Of a stretch of 64,000 nt of DNA, positions 12,124-24,222 are shown piece after piece. The first letter of the stretch is position 1, and each line of letters begins with the position of its first letter. The stretch comes from Schizochytrium sp. TIO01 (taxonomy: Eukaryota > Protista > Bigyra: Labyrinthulomycetes), in assembly GCA_004764695.1 (NCBI GenBank), contig SMSO01000035.1, positions 868,001-932,000 on the forward strand, written 5' to 3'. Under the pieces are notes generated by a model. That model was not told where the DNA came from. It was given only the letters and a program-made list of their open reading frames with translations, and ran no database searches. The position numbers were made by a program, and so were the translations under genes.

Positions 12124-14868
12124 GGTTGGCTGGTTGGTAGGTCGGCTGGGCGAGAGCTCCTGCTCGCACGCAGGTGCTGCGAAGTGGGTTTTCATTCAAG
12201 GCGGTCCTAGCTCAGAGGCAACGACACTCTTTTCCGGTTACATAGATTATGTAATCGAGGGCGCTTCTTCTTGTTTTCTGGACACCCTTTTTATTTAAAA
12301 ATTAAATAAAAAATAAATATATATAAAGCTCTTTCTTTCTCACAACGGGAAAACGAGGTATTGGTGCCAGTACCCATGTGCTACCAATATTGGTAGCAGC
12401 GGTCCTGAGCCTACAACTATAGAGGAAGTGGAAAGAAAGTGCTTGTTCCTTTTTTTAGTTCGAGAAAGGAGAAAATGAGAGCACCGAAGAGAACGCGCGG
12501 GGCCTCTCCAAAGGAAACGAATCAGAAAACACTTTCTTCTTGCTTATACAAACGTTTTTCACACTCCCTCTTCACCAGAAGCAATTTTCTTATGATTATC
12601 AACCACAATAATTAACATAGCAACATCAAAAGATTCGGATAAAACAAAGGAAATGACTGAAAAGGCGAAATACGTTTTTCACAGTCTCACCTCAACGCGA
12701 AGTAACTCTTAACGGCAACTGCTAGCTGGCTAGGCTAGCTGGCGATGGAACGCAAATGGGAACAACTCTACGCGTCTGAATGAGCAATGACTGACTGACT
12801 GACTGACTGATCGACGCTTTTGTTCTCTGGGTCATAGGCCACGTTCCCTGGACCTTTTGGACCTTTCTGGCGAAGCGCTTGTGGAAGCAAAGCAGGTGCA
12901 GAAGCAGAGGCAGCGGCGGCTCTGCCGCTGAAGCAGGCGAAATCCCAATCGTCTGCCTTCGCTCGCCTCCGCCTCTTCGGCTGGCTGGCTTCAGTCGAGG
13001 CAGCGGAGGCCGCGAGAGCCTTTGCGCGGCATCTGCGACGCAGTCTCCGCGGGAGCAGGAGAAAGAAAGAAAGAGAGAAAGAAAGAGAGAAAGAGAGAAA
13101 GAAAGAAAGGCAGAAAAGGGCAAATTGCTTGCTCTGCTTGTTTAGTTGCTGTTTCTGTTATTTGTTGGTTGTTGTTGGTGTTTTTCAAATTCTAAGTTTT
13201 TGAGTTGAAAATCTGCGGATGAATGAATGAGTGAATGAGTGAGTTGAATTGTGAGAAGCCGCAAAAGATCGCCCAAGGCGGCGAAGGGAGGAGCGAGTCG
13301 AGGAGGCCGGAGCTCGGCTTAAGCGCTCGCCTGAAAGGCAACTCGCCTGAAAGTCAGTCAACTCGCTGCGGCGCGCGCTTCGGCAGCCTTCCGAGCGAGG
13401 CTTCCAAGTCCGCATGAGCAGCTGCGGCGAATCTGCACCAAAGAGATGACGGGTGAGCATGCGAGCAAGCGAGCAACAACAAGCAATTAACAAGCAATTA
13501 ATAAGCAATGAAGCAAGCGAAAGCAGATGCACGCTAGTAAGTAAGTAATTTGTTCCATCGAAAAAGTAAACGCGGCGAAAGCATAAGCATTTGCAGAAAG
13601 AAAGAAAGAAAGAAAGAAAGAAGCGCTGCTTTTGTTTGCAGGAAGTTGCTTCACCTGCTGTGTCTTTAAAAAAAAAAAAAAAAAAAAACTCTTTCTTTTT
13701 GTTGAATTCTTTTTTTTTGTTTTCCTTCTTCTTTTGAAAATGCTCGAGGTTTGCAGAGATGGTAATGGCGGTTCCTGAAGGGCTGTTTGCTTTGCAACGG
13801 TGAGCGGCGTAGGAGTGCGCTCGCAGCTTGTGGAGAGAGGCGCAGGCTGACCAGGTGATCGCTCCTTCATGGAGAGAATGAGAAAGAACTGGCGCCGGGG
13901 AAGGTAACAGAAAAATCGCGAAACAACTAGAAATCAAGCAGAAGGAAACTAACTCGCGCACTCACTCACCTACAAACTAACCAAAGCTTCATAATCACAC
14001 CCTTCGACAACACTATTCCCTTTCCCTTTCTTTTTTGTTTAAAGGAAAATAAAAGAAAGAAAGAAAGAAAAGTAAAGTACAAGTTTGAAAAAAAAAATAT
14101 GTGTTAGTCGATTCGCAGAAGCTGGATGTACAGAATGCTGAGGAACTAGGGAGTGGGAACACCTGCAGCATTGCTGGGGAAAAGGGAAGTGGCCGGTAGT
14201 CGCCTCTGTCAACAACCATCGTACCGCGCTTCCGAAGCTGCTCTGTGCCTGCGCTTTAAAACCTCGGGGTTGTTTCTTTCTCGCCTTTTGCTGTTATCTT
14301 TCTTTTATTCTTTTTTCGAAATAAAAATTCTTTACGAAACAAAAGAAAACAAAAGAAAACAAAACATTATCTATCACCTTCGAGTTTGCAAAAAGTGTAT
14401 GTTGGTAGAGCAAAGGGGAAAGTACCTGCCTGTCTGAGGAGCAGAGCGTTGGAGGAAGGAGGGGCGCCGGTAGGATCAGGTAGGGTCTCCTACCCTTAGC
14501 AAGCAGTGCAAAGCAAAGCAAGCAGACTTCATTAGAAAGAGGAAGCAGAAAGGGCCGCTAAAGTGATCGAGTGAAAGAACAAACAAAAGGAAACAGATAG
14601 GTAGATCGATCAGACTTTCTTTCTTTGCTTCTTTCCGCTAAACATATTTATTCTTCACTAATTAGTTAATTTATTGATTAATCGATTTGTTTAGTATCTA
14701 TCTATCTCTCTATCTATTGATAGGAAAGGGAACAGCCGGAGAAAGAGAGGAGTTGAGCAGTTCTCTTCCCCAGAACCGCAATTCCTTAACAAAGCACGCA
14801 GCAAAAGCAAGCATCGTCGTTTGCTTCGCCGCGCCGCTCCAGCAAACCCCAAACTCGCTGCCGACAAG

Positions 14869-16208
14869 GTACGTTAACAGCTCTACTGCGCGAGGCTGCC
14901 CTCGCTCGCAGACGCCCGCCCCGGAGCCCGGTCGCCGTCGCTCGCTCGCAGCGCCGGCGCCAGAGGACTCTGGAGAGAAAGAAAGCAGACTCTGGTTCTC
15001 GCTGGCATCGATGGATGTGAAGGCAGAGAAGAAGAAGGAGGAGACATGAAAGGAGACAGACGAGGTCGCTTGGTTGATTGATTGATTGATTGATTCATTC
15101 ATTCATTCCATCCATTCGAACGAGTGTTCGAAGGATTGAACTGGCGCTCGCAGCTCAAGGCGGCGGTGTCGGGCTGCGGCTGCTGCTGCCGGGCCTCGAA
15201 GCGGAGCACATGACGTGTCCCGACACAGGCTCTCGGCACATGAGGCTTCGTCGAATTCGTGGGCTATTGGAAAGCACAAGTCGAGGTTCAGGCATCGTAG
15301 ATAGCCTGCTCTTCCGGCTATGCTCCAGCCCCAGGCTCTGCGCTTGCCTGCTCGCTTGCTTGCTTGCTTGCGCTAGCTGCAAGGCAGACGCCTGCAGAGA
15401 CGGCCTCGGCTGCCGTCAGCCGTCCGAAGCTGCGCCCGTCTCCGCCCCGGCGCTGGTTGAAGCTGGCGCCGGCATGGGCAGAAATTTGAAATTCGTTCGC
15501 GTTTTCAAATTTATTAGCTCATTCATTCTTTCTTCGATGTCTTAAGGAAAAAGGGAAAAAGAAACCAGCTGGGAAAGAAAGGAAGTGTCCCTTCATTGAG
15601 GAAGGAGAAGGAGGGAAAGGTTCTTGTCTGCTGTTATAAGAATGGTGGAGGTCTTTCTTTCTGTTCTGTGCACCTCAGTTTCTTTTTCTTTCTTTTTCTT
15701 CTCTTTTTGTTTTTGAGGTTTCTTTTGTTTGTGCTTGGCAGATCTAGTGCGGAGTTGGCCAGTCTAGTCTGTTGGTGCAGAGGGCCGCTTTTCTGTCCCT
15801 CGGGCAGGTTAAGCAACGGTGTCTCAGTCTGCTTTGAGCGAAAGCTGTAATTGCAGACGCTGAGGGATAGATGGACTCTCCGTTGCTCTCTCAGAGCAGT
15901 CCGGTCCGTTGGCCCTGAGTGAGCCCGAGCAATCAATAAGAGAGAAAAAAGAAAGAAAAAAAACAGCCAGCCTTGCGGACTTTGCATTTTATTGCATGGT
16001 CCCTGCTTGTGTGTTTCTTTTCAATAAGGGAGAATGGTGAGGATAAAGGGAAGAGAAAATAACAGAAATGCGTCAAACACACGGAACTTTTTTAAATACT
16101 GACTTTACACGTGTTCTCTATATTGATTACTGAATTTATTAAACAGGCCTCGAAGCAGAGGACTTGCCAGCAAATCCCAAACTTTTGGATTAATTTTTAC
16201 ATATTTAG
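14869..16208 (+). other. Candidate 5'-UTR intron of the P-type ATPase gene
   Basis: Donor CAAG|GTACGT at 14869 and a T-rich acceptor ending TTTAG at 16208, 72 nt before the ATG. The same GTACGT donor is seen in two other genes of the window. Pairing of the two sites is inferred. Confidence 0.4.
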
Positions 16209-16280
16209 ATCAAGTCGCTGGAAACTCGTAAAGAGTCTCAGCGTAGCGTACCGTCACTCACAACACAACCCTAAGCCAAC

Positions 16281-19200
16281 ATGGGTGGCTGCGGAGGCGA
16301 CAAAGAAGCCGCCAAGCGCGAGCCCAAGGTTGAACAGGAGTCATGGCACGTGATGGCCGTTGACGCTGTTGCGGCCAAGCTTGAGACTGACGTTGCCAAG
16401 GGTCTCACCGCTGCCGAGGCTGCTGCACGTCTTGAAAAGTACGGCCCCAACAAGCTGACTGAGGCTAAAAAGGCAACTCTTCTCGAGCGCATCTGGCGTC
16501 AGGTTAACAACGTTCTCGTGCTCATTCTTGCAATTGTCGCAGTTGTTTCCTGCATCAAGGGTGCCACTGCCACTATCACTGAAGATATGATTACCTCCTT
16601 TATTGAGGTCGGTCTCATCGTTCTTGTTATCGTTCTCAACACCTGGATTGGTATTCGCCAAGAAGGTTCCGCCGAGAAGTCCGCCGATGCACTCAAGGCT
16701 ATGCTTTCTTCTGATGCCACCGTCATTCGCGATGGCACTCGCCAAGGTATTCCCGCTGAGAACGTGGTCATCGGTGACCTCGTTGTTCTCGGCACTGGTG
16801 ATCGTATCCCCGCTGATATCCGTCTTGTGAAGGTCTCCAACTTGGCCTCCCAGGAGGCTGCCCTTACTGGTGAGTCTCTTCCTGTCGAGAAGCGTAGTGA
16901 CAAGATCGACGCCGAAAACCCCTCCTCTGTTCCCCTCGGTGATCGCAAGAACATGGCTTTCAGTGCTACCCTTGTCTCCCAAGGTGAGGCCATTGGTATT
17001 GTTGTTGCTTGTGGTGATGACACCGAAATTGGTGAGATTAACTCCCTCGTGTCCCAGGTTGAGTCCAAGAAGACCGCTGTGCTCGTTCAGATTGACATTG
17101 TGTCCAAGTGGATCGCCGTATTCGTTATTGTTACCGCCATTGTTACCTTCCTGGTTTACTACTTCACTGTCGGAGGCACCCGCAATGGCCACAAGGCTCT
17201 CGAGGCTGTCAACACTGGTCTCGTGACTGCTGTTGCTATGATCCCTGAAGGTCTTGCTGCAATTGTTACCCTCACCTACGCTTACGCTGTCAGCAACATG
17301 GCCCAACACAACGCTATTGTCCGCGTGCTTCCTGCTGTTGAGACCCTCGGTTCTGTCACTGTCATCTGCTCCGATAAGACTGGTACCCTTACAAAGAACG
17401 AGATGACCCTCACCTGCCTTGTGACCTCCAACGCACGCTACAAGTTCAACACCGATGCTGTGGAGCGCAAGCCGGAGAACTTCGTCCGCGAGGATAACTT
17501 CATGTCCCACACCCGCAAGAAGGGTGAGCTTCCTGACGCCCAGGCCAAGCCCGAGGAGGTTCAGGTCTCCACCGAGAACAAGGGTGAGGCTGCTTCAATC
17601 CCCGTTTCCAACGGCCAGTCCCCGTCTTACGAGTTTCTTCGCGGTGTTCTTGCCGGTGGTATTGTCTGCTCCAACGCCATGCTCGGTACCGATGGTGGCC
17701 GCGATGGTGAGATCGGTAACCCCACTGAGATTGCTATTGTCCGTGCTGCTTACTTTGCCAATGTTGACTACGTCAAAATGCGCGAGGACCAGCCCGTCAT
17801 TAACCAGGTCCCTTTCTCCTCTGAGTACAAGTTTATGGCCACCCTCAGCAACCCCATTCCTGAGGTTGACAAGGTCACCGACGGTGTTATTGTTCACGTC
17901 AAGGGTGCCCCTGATCGCCTGATTGCTATGGCTTCCCACCAAGCTAAGAACGGTGATGTTGCTGAGTCTGAGCCGATCGATCGCGACTACTGGCTTGACG
18001 CTGCCCAGAATCTCTCGTCCCATGGTCTCCGTTGCCTTGCCCTTTGCCGCGCTGTTGTTCCTGCTGATGCCTCTAAGCCCGGTGAGCAGCTTGGCCCTGA
18101 GTTCGTCTCCCGTGATGAGCCGTGGCTTACCATGGTTGGTATTTGCGCTATCGTAGATCCTCCCCGTCCCGAGTGTGTCTCTGCTATCCAGGAGGCCCAT
18201 GGTGCAGGTGTAACCGTCAAGATGATCACTGGTGACCACCGTGCTACCGCTCTTGCTATCGGTGACCAGCTCGGAATTGTTGACAAGGACCACCCTGATG
18301 CTATCACTGGTCCTGAGCTCGATGCCCAGTCTGATGAGGAACTCCGTAAGACTGTGCTTTCCTACAATGTCTTTGCTCGTGCTTCCCCTGAGAACAAGAT
18401 TCGCATTGTCAAGGCTCTTCAGGCCGAGGGCCAGGTGTCTTCCATGACTGGTGATGGTGTCAACGATGCCCCTGCTCTCAAGGCCGCCGACATGGGTGTT
18501 GCTATGGGTAAGGAGGGTACTGATGTCGCTCGTGAGGCTGCTGAGATGATTCTTGCTGATGATAACTTTGCTACTATTGTGCGTGCCGTCAAGGAGGGTC
18601 GTGCCGTGTGGGATAACCTCCGTAAGGTCCTTCTCTTTAACACCCCCGTCAACAACGCCCAGGGTATGACTGTCCTCTTTGGTATTGTCTGTGGTCTTGA
18701 GTTCAGTCCTCTCACCCCGATCCAGGTTCTCTACTGTAACTTGATCTGTGCTGTCACCCTCGGTTTCGTTCTTGCTGTTGAAGTGCCTGAGGATGGCATC
18801 ATGAGCCTCCCGCCCCGTCGTGTTGGCAAGCGTCTCATCGGTCGCTTCCTCCTCCTCCGAATTATCATTGGCACTGTCACACTCGTCGCCACTACCGTTG
18901 GTTCTGTCTTTATCATGCGTAGCCGTACTAGCGACTACCTCATTGACGAGTGTCAACTTGCTGAAGATGGTTCCGAAACTGTCTTTGACGAGACTACTGA
19001 CTGCTTTAAGGAGTCTGTTGGACAGCTTCGCTCCCAGGCTTCCAATACCCTCACTTTCGGTGCTATTTCTATTATGCTTTCCGCTCGCTTCACTTACAAC
19101 ACCTCCTTCCACCCGCGTATCTTCCGTGGCAACAAGTACGCCTGGTACTCTGTCGCTATTGTTGTTGTTCTCCAGATTTGCCTCACCTACATTCCTGGCC

Positions 19201-19460
19201 TCAACAACATTGTCTTCGGTATGAAGCCGCAGAACGGCGTCGGCTGGGGATTCACCATTCTTTTCATGTTTGTGGACTTCCTCGTTATGGAGGTTGAGAA
19301 AGCGATTCGCCGTAGCCTCAAGTTCCGCGGAATCGACACTGACGATGCCCAGCCTGATGAGCTCTTTGATGATGATCAGATCCACGCGCCGGAGGAGCCG
19401 TACGCCCCCCCTGCATCGGTTAAGTCCGCTACCATGCACTCGAACACCATTCACCATTAA
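16281..19460 (+). CDS. Cation-transporting P-type ATPase, type II (CtpF/PacL-like), 1059 aa, single exon
   Basis: Motifs TGES, IPEGL (TM4), DKTGTLT (phospho-Asp at 17373), KGAPD, MITGDH and [14 protein letters not shown], with ~10 hydrophobic segments. Strong preferred-codon bias (GAG, AAG, GCT/GCC, CGT/CGC). Confidence 0.97.
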   Translation: MGGCGGDKEAAKREPKVEQESWHVMAVDAVAAKLETDVAKGLTAAEAAARLEKYGPNKLTEAKKATLLERIWRQVNNVLVLILAIVAVVSCIKGATATITEDMITSFIEVGLIVLVIVLNTWIGIRQEGSAEKSADALKAMLSSDATVIRDGTRQGIPAENVVIGDLVVLGTGDRIPADIRLVKVSNLASQEAALTGESLPVEKRSDKIDAENPSSVPLGDRKNMAFSATLVSQGEAIGIVVACGDDTEIGEINSLVSQVESKKTAVLVQIDIVSKWIAVFVIVTAIVTFLVYYFTVGGTRNGHKALEAVNTGLVTAVAMIPEGLAAIVTLTYAYAVSNMAQHNAIVRVLPAVETLGSVTVICSDKTGTLTKNEMTLTCLVTSNARYKFNTDAVERKPENFVREDNFMSHTRKKGELPDAQAKPEEVQVSTENKGEAASIPVSNGQSPSYEFLRGVLAGGIVCSNAMLGTDGGRDGEIGNPTEIAIVRAAYFANVDYVKMREDQPVINQVPFSSEYKFMATLSNPIPEVDKVTDGVIVHVKGAPDRLIAMASHQAKNGDVAESEPIDRDYWLDAAQNLSSHGLRCLALCRAVVPADASKPGEQLGPEFVSRDEPWLTMVGICAIVDPPRPECVSAIQEAHGAGVTVKMITGDHRATALAIGDQLGIVDKDHPDAITGPELDAQSDEELRKTVLSYNVFARASPENKIRIVKALQAEGQVSSMTGDGVNDAPALKAADMGVAMGKEGTDVAREAAEMILADDNFATIVRAVKEGRAVWDNLRKVLLFNTPVNNAQGMTVLFGIVCGLEFSPLTPIQVLYCNLICAVTLGFVLAVEVPEDGIMSLPPRRVGKRLIGRFLLLRIIIGTVTLVATTVGSVFIMRSRTSDYLIDECQLAEDGSETVFDETTDCFKESVGQLRSQASNTLTFGAISIMLSARFTYNTSFHPRIFRGNKYAWYSVAIVVVLQICLTYIPGLNNIVFGMKPQNGVGWGFTILFMFVDFLVMEVEKAIRRSLKFRGIDTDDAQPDELFDDDQIHAPEEPYAPPASVKSATMHSNTIHH

Positions 19461-20704
19461 ACCACACACGTTACGCATTATTGGTTGTCGGTCCGTGTTG
19501 TTTTACCGTTTTCTTTGAGATATACCATAAGCTCTGCTGATGCGCTTCTTCTGTCTGTGTGTATGATCATGAACCTGTTCGAATTTTATACTCTACCTAT
19601 CTACTTACTTTTACTTACAAATTAAGCATTAAAAAATTGCAACATTTTTATCAACTTTAACTTCTATGTTTTAATAATTTATATCAGCCTTGTCAAGGCC
19701 TGCTTCAAGAGATTGCCAACCCCTACATCAGTTTGAAGCTGTTGATATGTACTTTAACTGCTCAAGACTTTCCAAGTACATAAACTCTCAGCAGCAACAC
19801 TGCTTGCAATATTTAATTATCAAAACAGCAAACTATGTCATTATTTCATTCAGTCTGTTGCTCACTCCTTCCTTCAAACTGTATAACAGTGAAGAATATC
19901 TACAAACTAGCTACAGATAGAAACACAATATAAAAGATCCTGTCAAATTGATTTTAAGATTTCTGTTCAAATGTTTGCTTTGTAGCTTGTCTGGGCATGT
20001 CAATATGAAATTCATAGTTTTGTATTCAATCGATACAGATGTTTTCTTTGGATTAATCAAATGCCGAGGTGAGGTGTGTCAACAAATAGCAACCAAGATG
20101 ACTCATACAGCCCAAATTATGGTGTGAAGATAGGGAGTACAGCATCCATATGTACCGTCTTATTGGAATTGTAGTTAAAGTGATACAAATCTAAATGCGC
20201 TTGTCCTTCAAAAGATGTATAGTAAGTATGAAAAACCATCAGTTTTTTGCAAATGCAAGCGTTCACAATGTTTTTAAATGTACTGTGATTGCTTTGCATG
20301 CAAATTCAAGTGCATAACTGAATGTTTTTGTGAAAAGTGTGAAAATATATCTGACTTTAATCATGTGAAGTAGTTGCGTGCTATACAGAATAATCTAGGT
20401 TATCAAACCCATTCTCTCAATTCAATTTATGTATCAGACAACGAGACTGAAAACAGAAAATGTGAATTAACTACTCACAGGATTAAGTAGAAGTACCTCC
20501 AAAACCTTGTTTGTTATCTCCTATTAGCTTGGTCTTCCTTCAAGGTTAGGTTCACGAGCCTTAGGTTGCGACTTCTTGTTCATCGGTATCCACCAGTTAT
20601 TTGTACTTGGAGATGGGCCAAAAACCAAAAGCACCAAAAAATATAGTGAAGTAAAAAGAAATTTAGTTAATTGGCGTTAAATGATTGAGATACAAAAAAG
20701 AAAA

Positions 20705-21726
20705 TTACGCCGTATCCATCGCTGAGGAGTCGGCGCTGGACTCCACTTGCGAGTTAGCTGCTGGTGCACTAGAGGGTGCTCCCGCGGTCTTGTCTTTGCC
20801 TTCCTCCTCTTCCTCTTCGTCCTCCTCCTCATCCTCGTCGTCATCGTCATCCTCAGAGTCATCTTCGTCATCGTCGTCATCGTCATCATCCTCTTCGCCT
20901 TCACCAGCGTCAACCCAACTTTGTTCGACAATGTCTCGGACGCGACGATTGTATTCGCGTTTGTTCGACTGAAACAAGCTTGCAGCTTCCGAGTTGGCCG
21001 GACTGTTTGGGTTCGGATCACAAAGCAAAGACTGAATGCTGGTCAGGATCGCAGCAATGTCATAGATAGGACTCCACTGATTCTGCAAGATGTCCAAGCA
21101 AATTGAACCATCTGCGTATACATTCGGGTGGAAAATCTTCGTCACGAAGCGCACCTTCGGGGGTTTGTTAGGGTATTCCTCAGAAAACTCAAGCACCAAG
21201 TTAAAGGTGCCGCCCTCCCAAATAGAGCTGTCAGGACCGAAAATCACTCCGGCCCCTGTATTCATTTAATACAAATTTAACATGTCAGTACAGCCAACAG
21301 AACGACGCCAGGCCATGCCGCCATGAACAAAGTTATGATAGGAATCCGTTGTCATATCCAGTCATATCCAGCCAAACCATCAAGTTAGTTTTCTGCTCAA
21401 TCATAGTCAAAAATTCGTGGTTACTAGCAAGGTCCAACTCAACCGTATGTAACTTAATTGATAAGACGTCGCATTCACACAAAGCGGAGGATGACACTTG
21501 ATGTGACCCGTTTTAGAGAACAACTTAAAATTCGGCGTTTCGTGATTTCGCATTCACTTGATCAAGACTAACTACATTGTGACCAGTTTGTGATGCAAGA
21601 CTTTCTTACAGTAAACTTACACTTGAGGATATTGTCATCCATAGGAGCGGCAGAAATGCCGGTAGGAGGATCGCTTTGCAGACGACGGAAGTCGCGCATC
21701 AATCGGCGACGTGCTGAGGTGGACAT
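20705..21726 (-). CDS. RAD6: Ubiquitin-conjugating enzyme E2, Rad6/UBC2 type, with acidic C-terminal tail. Exons 21726-21621 and 21255-20705.
   Basis: Exon 1 reads [42 protein letters not shown]...TACAG intron (21620-21256) restores W-AGVIFGP. Catalytic [24 protein letters not shown] and PANSEAA are Rad6 hallmarks. Confidence 0.96.
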
Positions 21727-21789
21727 TTTCCTCTTCAATTATTATTTTTACCACAAAAGAAACCTTTGTTCAGCGGTGCACCCTCTTGC

Positions 21790-22257
21790 CTAAGACCAAA
21801 CGAATGCACAGTTGAATCAAAATTAGTGTCCACATACGTCAACGTAGAAATGCACGCAGCCAACAATCAAACAGTCAAGCAAAGCTTTGTTAGTCACCTT
21901 TCTACTCAGAAAAAACTTGACATCTTAAGCATATATAAAACAGCCTATAACGCAAGGGATAGCATCCTCTTTGATGGCTTGAAACGACGCCACCTAACCG
22001 CTAGGGCGTTGGAGCTGCACCACAACCAACCTTGAAGACGGAACACTATGCAAGTGAGAGAGCTAACACCGGGGTCAAAGATAGATGAGTTCGGGTCCTG
22101 GTCAACTCATTTACTTCTCTTGGTTCTTTTCGCTCTTCTTGCACTCTCGCTTTTCTGCTCCAGCTTTTGGCTTCTTGTCTGTCGGCAGAATATAGACATA
22201 TGAAGAAGAAGGATCGCGCAGCGCCGTCCCGCTAGTTGACGAGTTGCTCACACGTAC
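21790..22257 (-). other. Candidate 5'-UTR intron of RAD6
   Basis: Minus-strand CAG|GTACGT donor at 22257 and TCTTAG acceptor at 21790, 63 nt upstream of the ATG. Pairing is inferred. Confidence 0.45.
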
Positions 22258-24222
22258 CTGTGTCTCTCCGCTCGCCACGCAGAGAGAGAAAGAGAGAGAG
22301 AGAGAGAGAACAAACTTCTCCTTCGCAGCCAATCACCGACCAAGCAGGCTCGCGTCGGTATCTCAGCAAAGAAGCACTGTTGCTGTTGTTGTTGTTGTTG
22401 AACTGCTGTCGCTCCTTCTTCTTCCCCTTTTTCTTCTTCTCCTTCTATTCCTTCCTCTTTTTCTTCTCCAATATTCATTCTATTCATTCATTCGCTGCGT
22501 ATTTTATTCCTTTTCGGACGCAGCTGCCCGGCTTTCTAGACGAGAGTTCGCTGCGTATTTTAAAAGCCCACTCCTTTTTAAGACACCGGTCTCGGCCGTC
22601 TTTTATTGTCAGCGAAGCACTCTGATACCGATATCTATAGCACTAGCTACCTTCGAGGCACTAGGTACGCGTATTTTAATCTCCAGAGTGAAGCACCAGA
22701 GTCGTCCCCCTCTGCTGCTCACCACCCTTTGCCCTCATCAAATATGTCCCCTCTGAGCCCACCTCTCTCCGAGGGCGCGAGGCAACGCGCTTGCCGCGGC
22801 GTGCGTTAACCCTGGTGTTGATGTTAGATTCTTAGTATGGTACAGGCGTTTGCGAGGGGCTGGGGGAACAACGCCTAGAGGATGGATAGAACGACATAGG
22901 GTCCTTGTTCATTTTTTAAAATTAATAATTATAGGCCTTGTAGCTAGTGTTTGAGCTGTCCACTGTCCTATAGCTACTAGTAGTATTGAATGGGTATTAT
23001 TAATGAAAATAGAATAATAGGGCTATAGAAAACAGTTTTGGGGGGGTGTTGTTTTGATATATACTGGGCAGGCCTACGTACGTACGATATGATAAGGACT
23101 GTGCAAAATTTTATTTGGAAGTGATCTTGCAAATTAATTTTCAAGGTGCATGAATCGTCTTCTTTAAGCTGTCTTGGAGCATCTCGCTCCTCTGACGCTC
23201 TTACTTGGTCGAGTTCAATCCAATGCACTTCGAAAATGCACTTTGGTGTCGCATAAAGCCCGCTCGAATTAGTTTCATTGAAAGGTTTTATAGGCTTTAG
23301 TGTTGTGAGGAGACTCCGCTCTGAGAAGACCAAGAGAAATTTTACGAGGAAACACTTAACTAGTCTTGCGAAAATGCTACGCACTCCACTTTCTATGTAC
23401 CTGGATTCAAAAGCTACTAGAAGCCTTTGTGAAAAAAGCAGAAAGCCTTAAGCAAACAAAAAATGCTTTGCGAAATGGAACTCGCATGATGAAGCAGTTA
23501 AAGCTTGGACTTCTCAACAATTGGTCTATCATGAAGCTACTGGCAAAACGTAGCTAAACATGGATTGATTACAACTAGTATTTATAAAAAGACTGCTAAC
23601 GTTTTAAGGGAGTACACCGGAGCACAAATGAGTTCGGTAAGTGTGGGTTTTGAACTTGAGCCTTCGCTAGTCCCATTTACTCGGTTTTCAGTGCTTTACA
23701 AGCCACTGCATCTCAGTCTGTGTGGTATCTTTTGATTACTGCCTTTGAAAGAAAAGTACTAGTATTAGAGAACGGTTTAACATACCTCACTAGCCAGAAC
23801 ACATTATAGCAATCCTTTTAGTTATTCGAAGCTAAGAGAACACGTTCAACTGTTCAACTTCGTAAGTTTTGTCGACCTCACGTTTTTTTAATGAAACAAT
23901 AAGATTACAATAGTGACCTGTTTTTCGAAGAAGTGAATCATGCAAACAAAAGATTTATTGCCTTCAGCTTACCCATCGCTTGATTAATAATCTTTCAGTC
24001 ATGCGACAAGCCATCAAGCCGCCGCATCTCACGTTTAATCTCGTCACTTAAACACCTCTCTGAGGATCGAAGGTTACTTAACCGAAATGTTGAATTCTTC
24101 ATATCGTGCGTGCTGTCTTGGTAGGCCTGCGCAAAAAATCATCAAAAGGAAGTCCAATATACATGTTAGTCCAGGTTCCTTGAAGGTTCATCATAAAGAC
24201 ATTTGGATAGTTAGCGTTGATG

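Noticed and set aside
11977-12298. PolyQ/polyA/polyC/polyL ORFs
   Set aside because: Products of the (CAG)15 repeat in different frames, with non-protein-like flanks.
13185-13961. 258-aa minus-strand ORF
   Set aside because: Runs through poly-T/A and (TTTC)n tracts, has a non-ATG start and intron-like composition.
16341-19478. Long antisense ORFs (389 and 627 aa) over the ATPase
   Set aside because: Shadow ORFs caused by strong sense-strand codon bias (few TTA/CTA/TCA codons).
20705-21265. ORF-track start MNTGAGVIF for the E2
   Set aside because: The ATG lies in the intron's 3' end; the true N-terminus is in the exon at 21726-21621.
23630-23720. tRNA/SINE-like segment on the minus strand (GCAGTGG...GTTCAAAAC)
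   Set aside because: A B-box-like word is present, but I could not build a cloverleaf and saw no second copy in the window.
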